Source: an uncultured Eubacteriales bacterium
GTDB taxonomy: Bacteria > Acidobacteriota > Aminicenantia > Aminicenantales > Aminicenantaceae
DNA length: 64,000 bases
Direction of reading: 5' to 3'
NCBI GenBank assembly: GCA_964456985.1
Contig: CAYWDH010000005.1
Location: forward strand, 17,247 to 81,246
The position numbers and the translations under genes are program-made. Positions 28,577 through 38,141 of the stretch are shown here, piece by piece. The notes under the pieces are model-generated. The model was given only the letters and a program-made list of their open reading frames with translations. It ran no database searches and was not told the origin of the DNA. Position 1 is the stretch's first letter; each line of letters begins with the position of its first letter.

Positions 28577-29785
28577 ATGATTATAGAAATAATACCTCAA
28601 ATGGAGACAGGAAACATACAGCGTCTTCGGGTTGGAGATTTCCTAAATCAAACCATCAGTAACAATGACTTTCTTAGCTTTAAATTTATTGTTGCGTATA
28701 TGAGATTCTCTGGTTGGGATAGACTCGGTGCTTCCATAGAGAATCTTTTGGATCGAGAAGGTCTGATTTCAGGGGTAGTCGGAATTGATTCAGGGATTAC
28801 AAGCCAGGAAGCTCTTAAAGCCTTAATGAGTGTTTCTAGCTCAAGTACGGTTTTTTATAGTACTTCGAACTTCATTTTTCATCCTAAGGTATACGCCATA
28901 AGTGGGAAGGAAAAGTCTATAATTCTAGTAGGAAGTGCAAACTTCACTCGAGATGGACTATTTAGAAACTTTGAGATAATGACTGCTATTCATTTGGATT
29001 TTAATGATAGTATTGATTTAGAAGTACACAATAGGTACGAGGTAATACTAGATGAATTATTAGATATCCATAATGCCAATGTGCAACCTCTAAATAGAGA
29101 GACATTAAGGCTTTTGGTCGAAAATAATTTAGTGAAACCTGAATCGGAAGGAATAGAGCCTGGAGAGAAAGGCTTACAACGAGGAAGACAAGGAGAGCTG
29201 CCCAACTCTCAAATAGGGGCTATGTTTCCCCCGCTTGGTATCCCTGTTGCTCCTCCCGGATATCGTAGTAGTGTTAGACCCACAAGGCAACCTCCTGGTC
29301 AAAGAAGGAAAGTGATAGTAGTCCCTCCACAGGTCTCAGGAGAAGCTCGAACATTTATAATGAAGCTATCTGAATTTGATTCTAGTCATCGAAGCGGGAT
29401 TTCTGGAACAGCAGAGGTACTCATCCCTCATAGAGCCATCCAATTTTTTCCAGAATTGTCACATACTACAAGAAAATATCCAGACGCAGTGTTTGATGTT
29501 GTTTTACGTACTCCCAGCGGACCTGAAAGGCGCAGATTTAGACTTTGGTATTATGAATTTAGGGCCACAGGGTCAAAAATAGATGAATATCGTTTGCGCA
29601 TGGATAAAGAGACAATTGATATAAGTTCGCCTGGTGGAGGAGACTTGTTAGTGATTAATAAGTTACCTGAGGGAAGCGATCCAGAATTTGAAGTTACAAT
29701 ATTGCCTCAAACTGACCCAACATATCCAGCGTTCTTTGAACTTTGTACGCAAGAATCTCAAGGAAAGAGATGGGGCATTGCTTAA
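28577..29785 (+). CDS. Phospholipase-D-family restriction endonuclease (BfiI/NgoFVII-like)
   Basis: FHPKVY...VGSANFT HxK nuclease motif, Pro/Gln-rich linker, separate C-terminal domain; coupled to two MTases. Confidence 0.8.
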   Translation: MIIEIIPQMETGNIQRLRVGDFLNQTISNNDFLSFKFIVAYMRFSGWDRLGASIENLLDREGLISGVVGIDSGITSQEALKALMSVSSSSTVFYSTSNFIFHPKVYAISGKEKSIILVGSANFTRDGLFRNFEIMTAIHLDFNDSIDLEVHNRYEVILDELLDIHNANVQPLNRETLRLLVENNLVKPESEGIEPGEKGLQRGRQGELPNSQIGAMFPPLGIPVAPPGYRSSVRPTRQPPGQRRKVIVVPPQVSGEARTFIMKLSEFDSSHRSGISGTAEVLIPHRAIQFFPELSHTTRKYPDAVFDVVLRTPSGPERRRFRLWYYEFRATGSKIDEYRLRMDKETIDISSPGGGDLLVINKLPEGSDPEFEVTILPQTDPTYPAFFELCTQESQGKRWGIA

Positions 29786-30118
29786 AAGATAATATTGGGC
29801 TTCCTTAATATGGGGTTTAATTAGATATAAGCTTTTTTCAATACAAGCAAACTATTCTGAAATATTCTATACAGTCTATTTGGGCGATTGGAAGCCAGAA
29901 ACTCTGAAGCTATTGCTTCCCGAATGCAGATTCCGGTCCATTCCGGACACTGATTCCGAATTAATCCGGCCACTAAATCCGGAGCATTCCGGTCACGGAT
30001 TCCGGATTAATCCGGCCATTTTTTACTGGGTTTCGGAATCATTGATCAGCGAAGCGGCGCTGGATAACTTGATGAGAATAAGCCATCATGTCTCTTTTAA
30101 AAAAGAGAGGAGAACAAG

Positions 30119-31651
30119 ATGGCCAAAAAGAGGTTATCCATGCGAAAAATCAGAGAAGTACTCAGGTTAAAACATTCGGGGCTTTCGATTCGGGCGATTG
30201 CCCGGGCCTGTTCGATAGGGAGAGAGACGGTCCGGGAGTATTTAAACCGGGCTTCAGAGGCAGGGCTTAGCTGGCCTCTTCCTGATGAGCTTTCCGATAA
30301 GGATCTGGAACAGCAGCTTTTTCCTGCGGTTATAAAGATCTATGGACAGAGGAGCAGTCCTGACTGGGTTTTGATCCATCAGGAACTGAAGAAAAAAGGG
30401 GTGACCCGCCGGCTGCTGTGGGAAGAGTACCGGCAAGAAGAAAAAGATTATTACCGTTACTCCCAGTTTTGCGAGCTCTACCGGCGATGGGCAAAAAGCT
30501 TGTCTCCTCCCATGCGGCTTCCTCACAAGGCTGGGGAGAAGCTGTTTGTTGACTATGCCGGCCTGACAATGTGTTACACGGATCGCTCCACTGGGGAGGA
30601 AAAGAAGGCGTATATTTTTGTAGCCATGTGGGGAGCCAGCAATTACACCTATGCTGAAGCCCATGCTGGCCAGACCCTCACTTCCTGGATCAGCGGCCAT
30701 ATTCGGGCGTTTGAATATTTTGGAGGGGTTCCGGTCCTTTTAGTACCGGATAACACCAAGACCGGGGTGACATCAGCCTGTTACTATGAGCCGGATCTCA
30801 ATCCCACTTATCAGGAATTTGCGCAGCATTACGGAACCGCAGTGCTTCCCACAAGGGTCAACCGGCCTAAAGACAAAGCCAAAGTGGAAAAAGGTGTACA
30901 GACGGTCGAATACTGGTTGATTGCTCCCCTGAGAAAGAGACAGTTTTTCAGTATCGCTGAGATCAACGATGCTCTCAAAGATAGACTCGAGGAGCTTAAT
31001 ACCCGGGAGATGCAGCATTTAAAAAAGAGCCGCAGAGAGATGTTCGAGGAGTTGGATCGACCCGTGCTCCGGCCTCTGCCTCGAACCGCTTTTGAGGTGG
31101 CGGAATGGAAAAGAGCCAAAGTGAATATTGATTATCATGTGGAATTTAAAAAGCATTACTACTCAGTGCCCTACAAGTTGATTAAAAAATATGTGGATAT
31201 CCGGGCCACAGACCAGGTGATCGAAGTTTTTTACAACCGGGAGCGGATCTCTTCGCACAAACGAGATGACACCCCGGGTCGGCATTCCACTCATCCTGAG
31301 CATATGCCGGAATCTCATCGGCAATATGCGGAGTATCATCCTGAGAGGTTCATCAAATGGGCCAAACGTATCGGAGATCTTACAGAGCAGCTGGTAAATA
31401 CCATCTTCTCATCCCGGCCTCATCCTGAACACGGGTACCGTACCTGCCTGGGGCTTATGCGCCTTGAGTCACGTTATGGCAAAGAGCGGCTGGAGGCCGC
31501 TTCGAAGCGGGCTCTTTTTTTTGGGCTTTATTCCTTTCGAGGGGTTAAAAATATCCTGGAGGCTGGATTGGATAAACTATCATTGGAGGAATCAACCGGT
31601 GTGGGCAGTAAAGCACACGCCAATGTCCGGGGAACAGATTACTACTCCTGA
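30119..31651 (+). CDS. istA: IS21 transposase IstA
   Basis: N-terminal HTH, FVDYAG, VPDNTKTGV and KDKAKVEKGV DDE motifs. Confidence 0.95.
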   Translation: MAKKRLSMRKIREVLRLKHSGLSIRAIARACSIGRETVREYLNRASEAGLSWPLPDELSDKDLEQQLFPAVIKIYGQRSSPDWVLIHQELKKKGVTRRLLWEEYRQEEKDYYRYSQFCELYRRWAKSLSPPMRLPHKAGEKLFVDYAGLTMCYTDRSTGEEKKAYIFVAMWGASNYTYAEAHAGQTLTSWISGHIRAFEYFGGVPVLLVPDNTKTGVTSACYYEPDLNPTYQEFAQHYGTAVLPTRVNRPKDKAKVEKGVQTVEYWLIAPLRKRQFFSIAEINDALKDRLEELNTREMQHLKKSRREMFEELDRPVLRPLPRTAFEVAEWKRAKVNIDYHVEFKKHYYSVPYKLIKKYVDIRATDQVIEVFYNRERISSHKRDDTPGRHSTHPEHMPESHRQYAEYHPERFIKWAKRIGDLTEQLVNTIFSSRPHPEHGYRTCLGLMRLESRYGKERLEAASKRALFFGLYSFRGVKNILEAGLDKLSLEESTGVGSKAHANVRGTDYYS

Positions 31652-31749
31652 AGGGTAAAAGTTTTACATCATTTAAAGAAAACGCGTTATACGGCATCTG
31701 AGAGCCTGTTTTTTTTAAGCTTTAAAAACACAGAAAAAAGGAGATAATC

Positions 31750-32508
31750 ATGCTTCATCAACCCATTATGGATAAACTATTCGCGCTTAAACTCAATGGA
31801 ATGCTGGAAGGACTGCGGGAACAGATGGAAAGCCCGCAGTACAGGAAACTGAGTTTTGATGAGCGTTTCGGTCTTCTTCTGGACCGAGAATGGGACCTTC
31901 GGCAGAAGAGAAAACTGCACAGGAGAATGCGAGTGGCCCGGTTTAGAGAACAGGCTGCTATAGAGGATCTTGAAATATCCGCTAAAAGAGGGCTGGATCG
32001 CAAACAAGTTCTATACATGGCAGAGTGCAACTGGATCAGAGAAAAGCTCAACACACTCATAACCGGTCCTACAGGAGCCGGGAAGACCTATCTGGCCTGT
32101 GCTCTTGGAAATGCCGCCTGTCGAAATGGACTGACGGTCCGTTATTTTCAGCTCTCCCGGCTGCTTGAGATATTAAAACTGGCTCGTGCAGATGGATCCT
32201 ATCCCAAAATGTTAGACCAGATCGCTAAATGCCAGCTGCTTATCCTGGATGACTGGCTGCGGAATCGTCTCACAGAAACACAAACCAATGATATCCTCGA
32301 GATCTTCGAGGACAGATATAATCATGGCTCCATCATGGTGGCTACTCAGATCCCAGTGGAAGAATGGCATGAACAGTTTGCCAATCCCACTTTTGCCGAT
32401 GCCATCATGGACAGAATCGTTCACAATGCCTATAGACTGGAATTAAAGGGTGAATCTATGCGAAAACGAAAATCTAACTTGACCCATTCCGGTCACTCGG
32501 AGGTATAA
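31750..32508 (+). CDS. istB: IS21 helper ATPase IstB
   Basis: GPTGAGKT Walker A, LLILDDW Walker B, ADAIMDRIVHNA. Confidence 0.95.
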   Translation: MLHQPIMDKLFALKLNGMLEGLREQMESPQYRKLSFDERFGLLLDREWDLRQKRKLHRRMRVARFREQAAIEDLEISAKRGLDRKQVLYMAECNWIREKLNTLITGPTGAGKTYLACALGNAACRNGLTVRYFQLSRLLEILKLARADGSYPKMLDQIAKCQLLILDDWLRNRLTETQTNDILEIFEDRYNHGSIMVATQIPVEEWHEQFANPTFADAIMDRIVHNAYRLELKGESMRKRKSNLTHSGHSEV

Positions 32509-32809
32509 TGATAGACCAGCGTCGCTTCGCTCCGGAATGTGGCCGGATTAAATCGGAATCGGTGGCCGGATACGCCGGAATAAGCACCGAAGAAGAAATG
32601 ACGGCAATGTCGGAAATGCATCCCACTTAGATAGGCGGTTTATAAATAGAGATATTCTCATCTCAGGAAAAGAAATAACTATAAATAACTAAATTTCATT
32701 TAAATTGTGATGCCCTCTTTATCTTGACAGCTAATTAAACTAAGAATACATTTATAGTAAGAAAATAAGAGCAAAAAGGTCAAACTTAATAAATATATAC
32801 TAAAAAAAA

Positions 32810-34105
32810 ATGAATGAATATCATAAAAAGAAAAACCAAGATATTAAGGATATTCCCTCACTTAGGAAATTAAAAGACAATGTAAATGGAATGCATATGC
32901 TTTCAAAAACCATAATATTTCTTAAAAAACTTGGAATAAGAGACACAAAACTTTTAAATGCTTTGAATAAATTTCCCGAATTAGAAAAGAAAACAAAGGA
33001 GATTATTGAAATGCCAGACCGTTTCAATAATCATTTTTCAAAAAATGGTTGGATTGCATATGAATCCATGAATTTTGAACTAATGAAAGAAACAGTGAAT
33101 CTAGCTGATAAGGGAAAACTTGAAGAAGCAGAAGCTATATTGGTTGAGCAATTTGATGAGCCTAATCTCGATTTTCATCTTATGAAAATGAAGGCTATTC
33201 AAGAATATCAAATAAGGGAAGACCTTATAAAAAAGGCAATGACAGATTATTTATTCAAACGTTATCATGCCTGCATTCCAGTTATCCTTAGCCTGATTGA
33301 TGGAATAGTCAATGATATTGAACAAAAAGGCTTTTTTGCCCAAGGAGTTAATTTGACTGCTTGGGATTCTATTGCTGCACATAACTCAGGAATACAAGAA
33401 CTCAAAAAAATACTAAATAAAAAACGCAAGAAAACTACTACTGATACAATTACAGTTCCTTATAGGCATGGAATACTCCATGGTCGTGATTTAGGATATG
33501 ATAATAAGATTGTTGCTTCGAAAACATGGGCAGCTCTTTTTGCTATTCGTGACTGGGCTCTTGCAGTGAGAAACAAAGGTGAGAACAAGAAGAATGAAGA
33601 AGAGGCGAGAAGCATTCTTGATTCATTGAAAATAATAGCTGAAACAAAATCTTTAAATAGACAAATTAAAACATGGAAACCGAGGAACATTGAGATAGGT
33701 AGAGATTGTCCTCGATCTGGAAATTCAAAAGATTATGAAGAGGGAAGTCCCGAGAGAGCCATGGTAGAATTCATGCAATATTGGAATAATTTTAACTATG
33801 GTTGGATGGCTAAGATGATAAAGACATTTCGCGATGAACCAATTAAAAAATTTGCAGGAGACATCCGTGAATTATTCCAAGCTCATAACTTGAAAAGTTT
33901 CTCATTAATAAGGATATCTGATTTTGCACCCGCAGCTGCTGAGATTGAAGTTGAGTTAAGTATAATGACGGATGAAAAAGAAATAAAAAAAAGTTCCAAC
34001 GTCAGATTAATTCACGAAAATAAACAAGGAAATCCTCAAGTAATGGGTGCTAATAATGGCATTTGGAAAATTCCTATTTATTCAATATATTCACTTGTAA
34101 GTTAG
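32810..34105 (+). CDS. Hypothetical protein with HEPN-like Rx4H motif
   Basis: LIDGIVND followed by YRHGILHG; TTGACA-N17-TACATT promoter at 32724-32752. Confidence 0.6.
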   Translation: MNEYHKKKNQDIKDIPSLRKLKDNVNGMHMLSKTIIFLKKLGIRDTKLLNALNKFPELEKKTKEIIEMPDRFNNHFSKNGWIAYESMNFELMKETVNLADKGKLEEAEAILVEQFDEPNLDFHLMKMKAIQEYQIREDLIKKAMTDYLFKRYHACIPVILSLIDGIVNDIEQKGFFAQGVNLTAWDSIAAHNSGIQELKKILNKKRKKTTTDTITVPYRHGILHGRDLGYDNKIVASKTWAALFAIRDWALAVRNKGENKKNEEEARSILDSLKIIAETKSLNRQIKTWKPRNIEIGRDCPRSGNSKDYEEGSPERAMVEFMQYWNNFNYGWMAKMIKTFRDEPIKKFAGDIRELFQAHNLKSFSLIRISDFAPAAAEIEVELSIMTDEKEIKKSSNVRLIHENKQGNPQVMGANNGIWKIPIYSIYSLVS

Positions 34106-34133
34106 AATCAAAAATTAGTGTCTTTTTTAGAAA

Positions 34134-35729
34134 ATGACAAGAAAAAAGCCAAAGGTTCCATACACTCCTATCAGTAAACATAAGTTAAAGAAAGGACTAT
34201 TAAAGCCGCCCTTAAGTCAACTTAACATTAAACAAATAGACTGGCATAGAGATTTGTTACCTGAGCATCTTTGGATTGAATGCCTATCAATTACATATGT
34301 CCAAAAAGAGTGGCAAAATTTATATAGTGAATTTCTTGATGCTTTAGATGCATACGTTCCTGAAGATAAAATTATTTTTGGTTTTATAACAGATTTTGGA
34401 TTAATCCCGTCTGATAAGAGAAAAGATTTCTTGAAATATAATGAAAAATTAGTATATAGAGCATTTTACAAGCCAATAGGAAGGATCATTACGTTCTATC
34501 CAGAAGCTCCATGTTATTGGCTTTTACAGAAAAAATATTTGGATATTGAAAGACCAGTTAATTCTAATGTTGAGTTAGGAAAGTTGAGTAAATCGGTCTT
34601 GAGACTTATTCCAGGTAAAGATAAGCATGCAGGACATATAAGAGCAATGCCCATTTCTAGAGCAATTAAGCATAAAAAAATATATTTCAAGAGGGGAATG
34701 AAAATCGCCGACCTTCTCCCTAAATACCCATCTGGATGTGACGAAGAAGAAAAATATCATGTTCAGTCGCAAGCTAGAAACATAATGAATACCTTTTTTC
34801 TACAAAAAGATATATATTTGAATAGAAAATGGCCAAAATATTTTTGGAATAAAAATTTGGAGTTAGTACCATGTTCTCCTCATAAAATTCAAGCAAATAA
34901 AGAGAATGCGTTTGGTGAAGATGAAACCAATAAACTTTACAAACTTATTGATAGAAACTCCAATATTGTAAAAGATTACCTAAAGAAAATTTCTTTTAAT
35001 TATAAGTATGATTTGTACAATACAGAGCGTGACGAGGTTCTTCTTGGGCTTTTTGGCAGACTTACTCGTATTTATGTTCTAATTTTATCTAATCCACCTC
35101 TTTGGTCAAGGGATATTGCGGGGATTTTGCTACGATGCCTAGCAGAGACTGCGATTACATTTGCATATCTAACTAAAAAAGGTTCCAAGGATGAACTGAG
35201 AGATTTTAAGGCATATGGAGAAGGGAAAGAAAAGCTTCTGATGTTACACCTTCAAGATACTTATCCAGATAAAAAATCATTAGAAGGAAAGAATTCTGAA
35301 GAAATTGCTGAGGAAATGGGATGGGGTTTTTCGCCAGAATTAATGGATATTGAATTGTCAGATTGGACAAAAAAATCCACAAGAGAGTTAGCATTTTCTG
35401 TAGGTCTTGAAGATATTTATAGACTGGTTTTTGACCCTTCAAGCTCAGATGTTCATGGCACTTGGATTAGCCTAAAAAAGTCTAACCTAACACGATGTGT
35501 TCAGCCTTTACATAGGTTTCATCAAATGCCTCAATATATCGAACCACCAATATTTGTAAATACGATAGATGCAGTTCAACGAGTTTATCAAAAGTGCGTA
35601 GAAATAGGTAATCGACACTTAGACTTTCCTAAAATGAAGCATAAACCTGAAAAAGTTGTCTCATTCCTAAATACAGTTAAAAAAAGATACATAGATTTCG
35701 ATAAGAGCAAAAAGAACAAAGGCACTTAG
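34134..35729 (+). CDS. DUF5677-like (HEPN-superfamily-like) domain protein
   Basis: C-terminal ILLRCLAETAITFAYL ... SSDVHG pattern. Confidence 0.6.
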   Translation: MTRKKPKVPYTPISKHKLKKGLLKPPLSQLNIKQIDWHRDLLPEHLWIECLSITYVQKEWQNLYSEFLDALDAYVPEDKIIFGFITDFGLIPSDKRKDFLKYNEKLVYRAFYKPIGRIITFYPEAPCYWLLQKKYLDIERPVNSNVELGKLSKSVLRLIPGKDKHAGHIRAMPISRAIKHKKIYFKRGMKIADLLPKYPSGCDEEEKYHVQSQARNIMNTFFLQKDIYLNRKWPKYFWNKNLELVPCSPHKIQANKENAFGEDETNKLYKLIDRNSNIVKDYLKKISFNYKYDLYNTERDEVLLGLFGRLTRIYVLILSNPPLWSRDIAGILLRCLAETAITFAYLTKKGSKDELRDFKAYGEGKEKLLMLHLQDTYPDKKSLEGKNSEEIAEEMGWGFSPELMDIELSDWTKKSTRELAFSVGLEDIYRLVFDPSSSDVHGTWISLKKSNLTRCVQPLHRFHQMPQYIEPPIFVNTIDAVQRVYQKCVEIGNRHLDFPKMKHKPEKVVSFLNTVKKRYIDFDKSKKNKGT

Positions 35730-35966
35730 AAAATGATGTTTATTTTCACAAACGGATACTCCACCTGCATCTTTCTATAATGTTAGAAACCGATAAGACG
35801 GATTATGTCAACTTTTTATCGACTAAACTCCTTTATTTGCAACAACTCTTGATTTTTCTAAAAAAAGGGACGATTTTTGTGAATTTTGCCCCAAAATGGC
35901 CAAAAAAACGGCCATATTTTCCCAACCAAGTCCAAAAACATCTCTATTTTTTGCCTTTTTATCCCA
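35710..35966. repeat. Direct repeat B, copy 2
   Basis: Colinear similarity to 19131-19388; homology stops at tccca (35966). Confidence 0.88.
35786..35813 (+). other. XerC/XerD dif-like recombination site
   Basis: GAAACCGATAA-GACGGA-TTATGTCAACT; 11-6-11 layout with a XerD arm close to canonical dif arms. Confidence 0.8.
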
Positions 35967-36533
35967 ATAAACAATGCTTATCTGGCGCAAAATCCTCTGC
36001 TTGAGTTCTCTTCTTGATATCTTTTCTGCAATGTCTGCCGCTTCTTGAAAAGCGTGTAAAGACCCATCCAATTTTTTGCTCTCCCTCAGTTCTATTCCGA
36101 GCATATAAAGGCTTATGACCTCCAGTACTTTTTTTAATTCATCCTGTTTGTCTGTTAGATGGCTCATTTCAGATCGATCCAATAAATGCGAATACTCCTT
36201 ATAGGAATCCGATATCCTACCTAAATTCCAGTAGCACAGCCCTTTATAAAACCCGCATTCGATATATTTTTCTTCTTTGTTTTTATACTGAGCTATTATT
36301 GAAGCTGTCTGAAAAGCTTTTAGCGCTTTATCGTAAATGCCATTTTTATAGAATTTTTCAGCCTTTAAAAATACAAGATCGAACCAATTATACTGTGTGA
36401 TGTTCTGGTAATGTGGAGTGAAAAAAATAATAGACCGAGAGAGCAATAGAGAGCCTATTGAAGAAAATAAAAGCAGAAATAAGCATGTCCTTTTCAAATA
36501 TCCCATCTGTAAATAATATTGAATGTGAATCAT
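35967..36533 (-). pseudogene. 5' fragment of a TPR(-CHAT) gene paralogous to 7904-10906, truncated by repeat B
   Basis: Signal peptide and TPR helices align with the N-terminus of the intact protein; after RQISIVYWD the frame reads into repeat B and stops at 35823. Confidence 0.72.
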
Positions 36534-36620
36534 CCCCTCATGTCAAGCCCAATATTCTCCTCATTCCAATTAAATTTAAAAAAAAAAATTAAAAACACTC
36601 TACAAATCTTGCATCAAATG

Positions 36621-36712
36621 TGCTATAATGCATGTGATTCGTGTTGTGCTGGCTGGGCATGAATCCCCCTCTTATTACCCCCTTTTGCTTATATTCCCCT
36701 TACAGCCAGCAC
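36621..36712 (+). promoter_or_regulatory. Extended -10 promoter followed by a stem-loop leader with C-rich loop
   Basis: TGcTATAAT at 36621-36629; perfect 10 bp stem gtgctggctg (36646-36655) / cagccagcac (36703-36712) enclosing three cccc tracts. Confidence 0.5.
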
Positions 36713-36894
36713 CCTTTCATCACAAAAGGCATCTGCCCCTTTATAGGCATCTCATATGACGCAGAAGCGGTTTTGAATTTCTCACAATCCCCCTATTTCT
36801 TTGTTTTTTCGGATCCACAAACGGCACGTGTATTGATTTTTTACGCTCCGTAAAATAATATTTGGTTTTACGATTCCATAAGGAGCAAAGGAAA

Positions 36895-38031
36895 ATGAAA
36901 AAAATACATTTCGGGCTCATATCACTGCTTCTGGTCTTTGCTTTTCTGTGGCCGGAACAAAGGCCCAGAGCCAGAGAGGCAGGTATTGAACCGGGCATAT
37001 TCACGCCGGGAAAATGGAATGCCATCACTGATGTCAAAGGAGTCAGAGTGGGGCATGTCACTCTGATCGAGGGGGACAATGTCAGAACAGGAGTCACGGC
37101 TATCCTTCCCCATGGAGGAAACATTTTCCAGGAGAAAGTGCCTGCGGCCGTGTATGTGGCCAATGGATTCGGCAAACTCACGGGAACCACCCAGGTAGAG
37201 GAGCTGGGTTCTCTGGAGACACCAGTTGTTCTGACCAACACGCTGAGCGTGCCCACAGCAGCGGATGCAGTCATCGACTATGTGCTTTCCTACCCCGGAA
37301 ACGAGAGAGTATTTTCCGTGAATCCGGTTGTGGGAGAGACAAACGACGGATACCTCAATGACATAAGGGGAAGGCATGTGGAGAAAAAGCATGTGCTGAG
37401 CGCCATCCAAAAAGCGGCCTCAGGCCCTGTTAAAGAAGGGTGTGTGGGCGCCGGCACAGGGACCACGTGCTTCGGCTTTAAAGGAGGCATAGGCACCTCG
37501 TCCAGAAAGCTCCCTGCGTCTCTGGGAGGATACACAGTGGGCGTTCTGGTGCAGACCAACCACGGAGGCGTGCTCAACATAGACGGGTTCCCTGCGGGGG
37601 AAGAGCTGGGAAACTATGCCTACAAAAGGTTTCTGGATGCAGAAGAGGAAGGCTCGTGCATGGTGGTCGTGGCCACAGACGCCCCTCTTCTGGCGCGGAA
37701 TCTCAAAAGGCTCGCCAAACGAGCGCTTCTCGGGATAGCGCGCACAGGGGGATTTTATTCGAACGGAAGCGGAGACTATGCTATCGCGTTTTCAACCGCG
37801 GAAGAGGTCAGGATTCCCTATAGGCCGGAAGGGGCGCTCGAGACGTATGAGGTGGTTCCTAACAGGATGATGTCCCCTCTTTTTCTGGCCGCTGCCGAAG
37901 CGTGCGAAGAAGCGATTCTCAACTCCCTTTTCAAGGCAGAGACCATGAAAGGAAAAGACGGACATACGGAGGAAGCCCTCCCTGTTGCAAAGATAGTAGA
38001 GATGATGAAAAATTATCGTTTTTTCCGTTGA
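36895..38031 (+). CDS. P1/S58 family peptidase (DmpA-like aminopeptidase), exported
   Basis: NAITDVKGVRVGHVT, NGFGKLTG, ETNDGYLND, GAGTG, GS autoprocessing site, NGSGD; signal peptide from the ATG at 36895. Confidence 0.92.
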   Translation: MKKIHFGLISLLLVFAFLWPEQRPRAREAGIEPGIFTPGKWNAITDVKGVRVGHVTLIEGDNVRTGVTAILPHGGNIFQEKVPAAVYVANGFGKLTGTTQVEELGSLETPVVLTNTLSVPTAADAVIDYVLSYPGNERVFSVNPVVGETNDGYLNDIRGRHVEKKHVLSAIQKAASGPVKEGCVGAGTGTTCFGFKGGIGTSSRKLPASLGGYTVGVLVQTNHGGVLNIDGFPAGEELGNYAYKRFLDAEEEGSCMVVVATDAPLLARNLKRLAKRALLGIARTGGFYSNGSGDYAIAFSTAEEVRIPYRPEGALETYEVVPNRMMSPLFLAAAEACEEAILNSLFKAETMKGKDGHTEEALPVAKIVEMMKNYRFFR

Positions 38032-38141
38032 CAGGGTTTATTCGGGATGATAGATTGAAGTTTATATTTCATCATACGGATGTCAGTGATTATTAATCGG
38101 GTTATCGAATCCTGATAAACAAAATTAATTTTGGAGGGAAA

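Larger units (their letters stand above)
29925..32586 (+). mobile_element. IS21-family insertion sequence (2662 bp)
   Basis: TG...CA ends; imperfect terminal IRs with internal ttccgg/atccgg repeats; 5 bp target duplication CCGAA at 29920-29924 and 32587-32591. Confidence 0.93.
25583..35966. mobile_element. Truncated sister element 2 (P-arm, defence cargo and dif module; core and integrase missing)
   Basis: Begins with repeat A and ends with repeat B, mirroring 10967-19388; AT-rich cargo. Confidence 0.7.

Noticed and set aside
29820-32620. Gene interrupted by IS21
   Set aside because: Rejoining the flanks at CCGAA gives only a short open frame with no clear start or recognisable motif; ORF 29880-30170 is a read-through into the IS end.
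35786-35813. Claim that this is the chromosomal dif / replication terminus
   Set aside because: I cannot compute cumulative GC skew or KOPS polarity, and the shared 260 bp flanks with 19131-19388 favour an element-borne site. Left open as a test.
10967-35966. Complete prophage
   Set aside because: No capsid, portal, tail or lysis genes recognised; only terminase, HTH and integrase.
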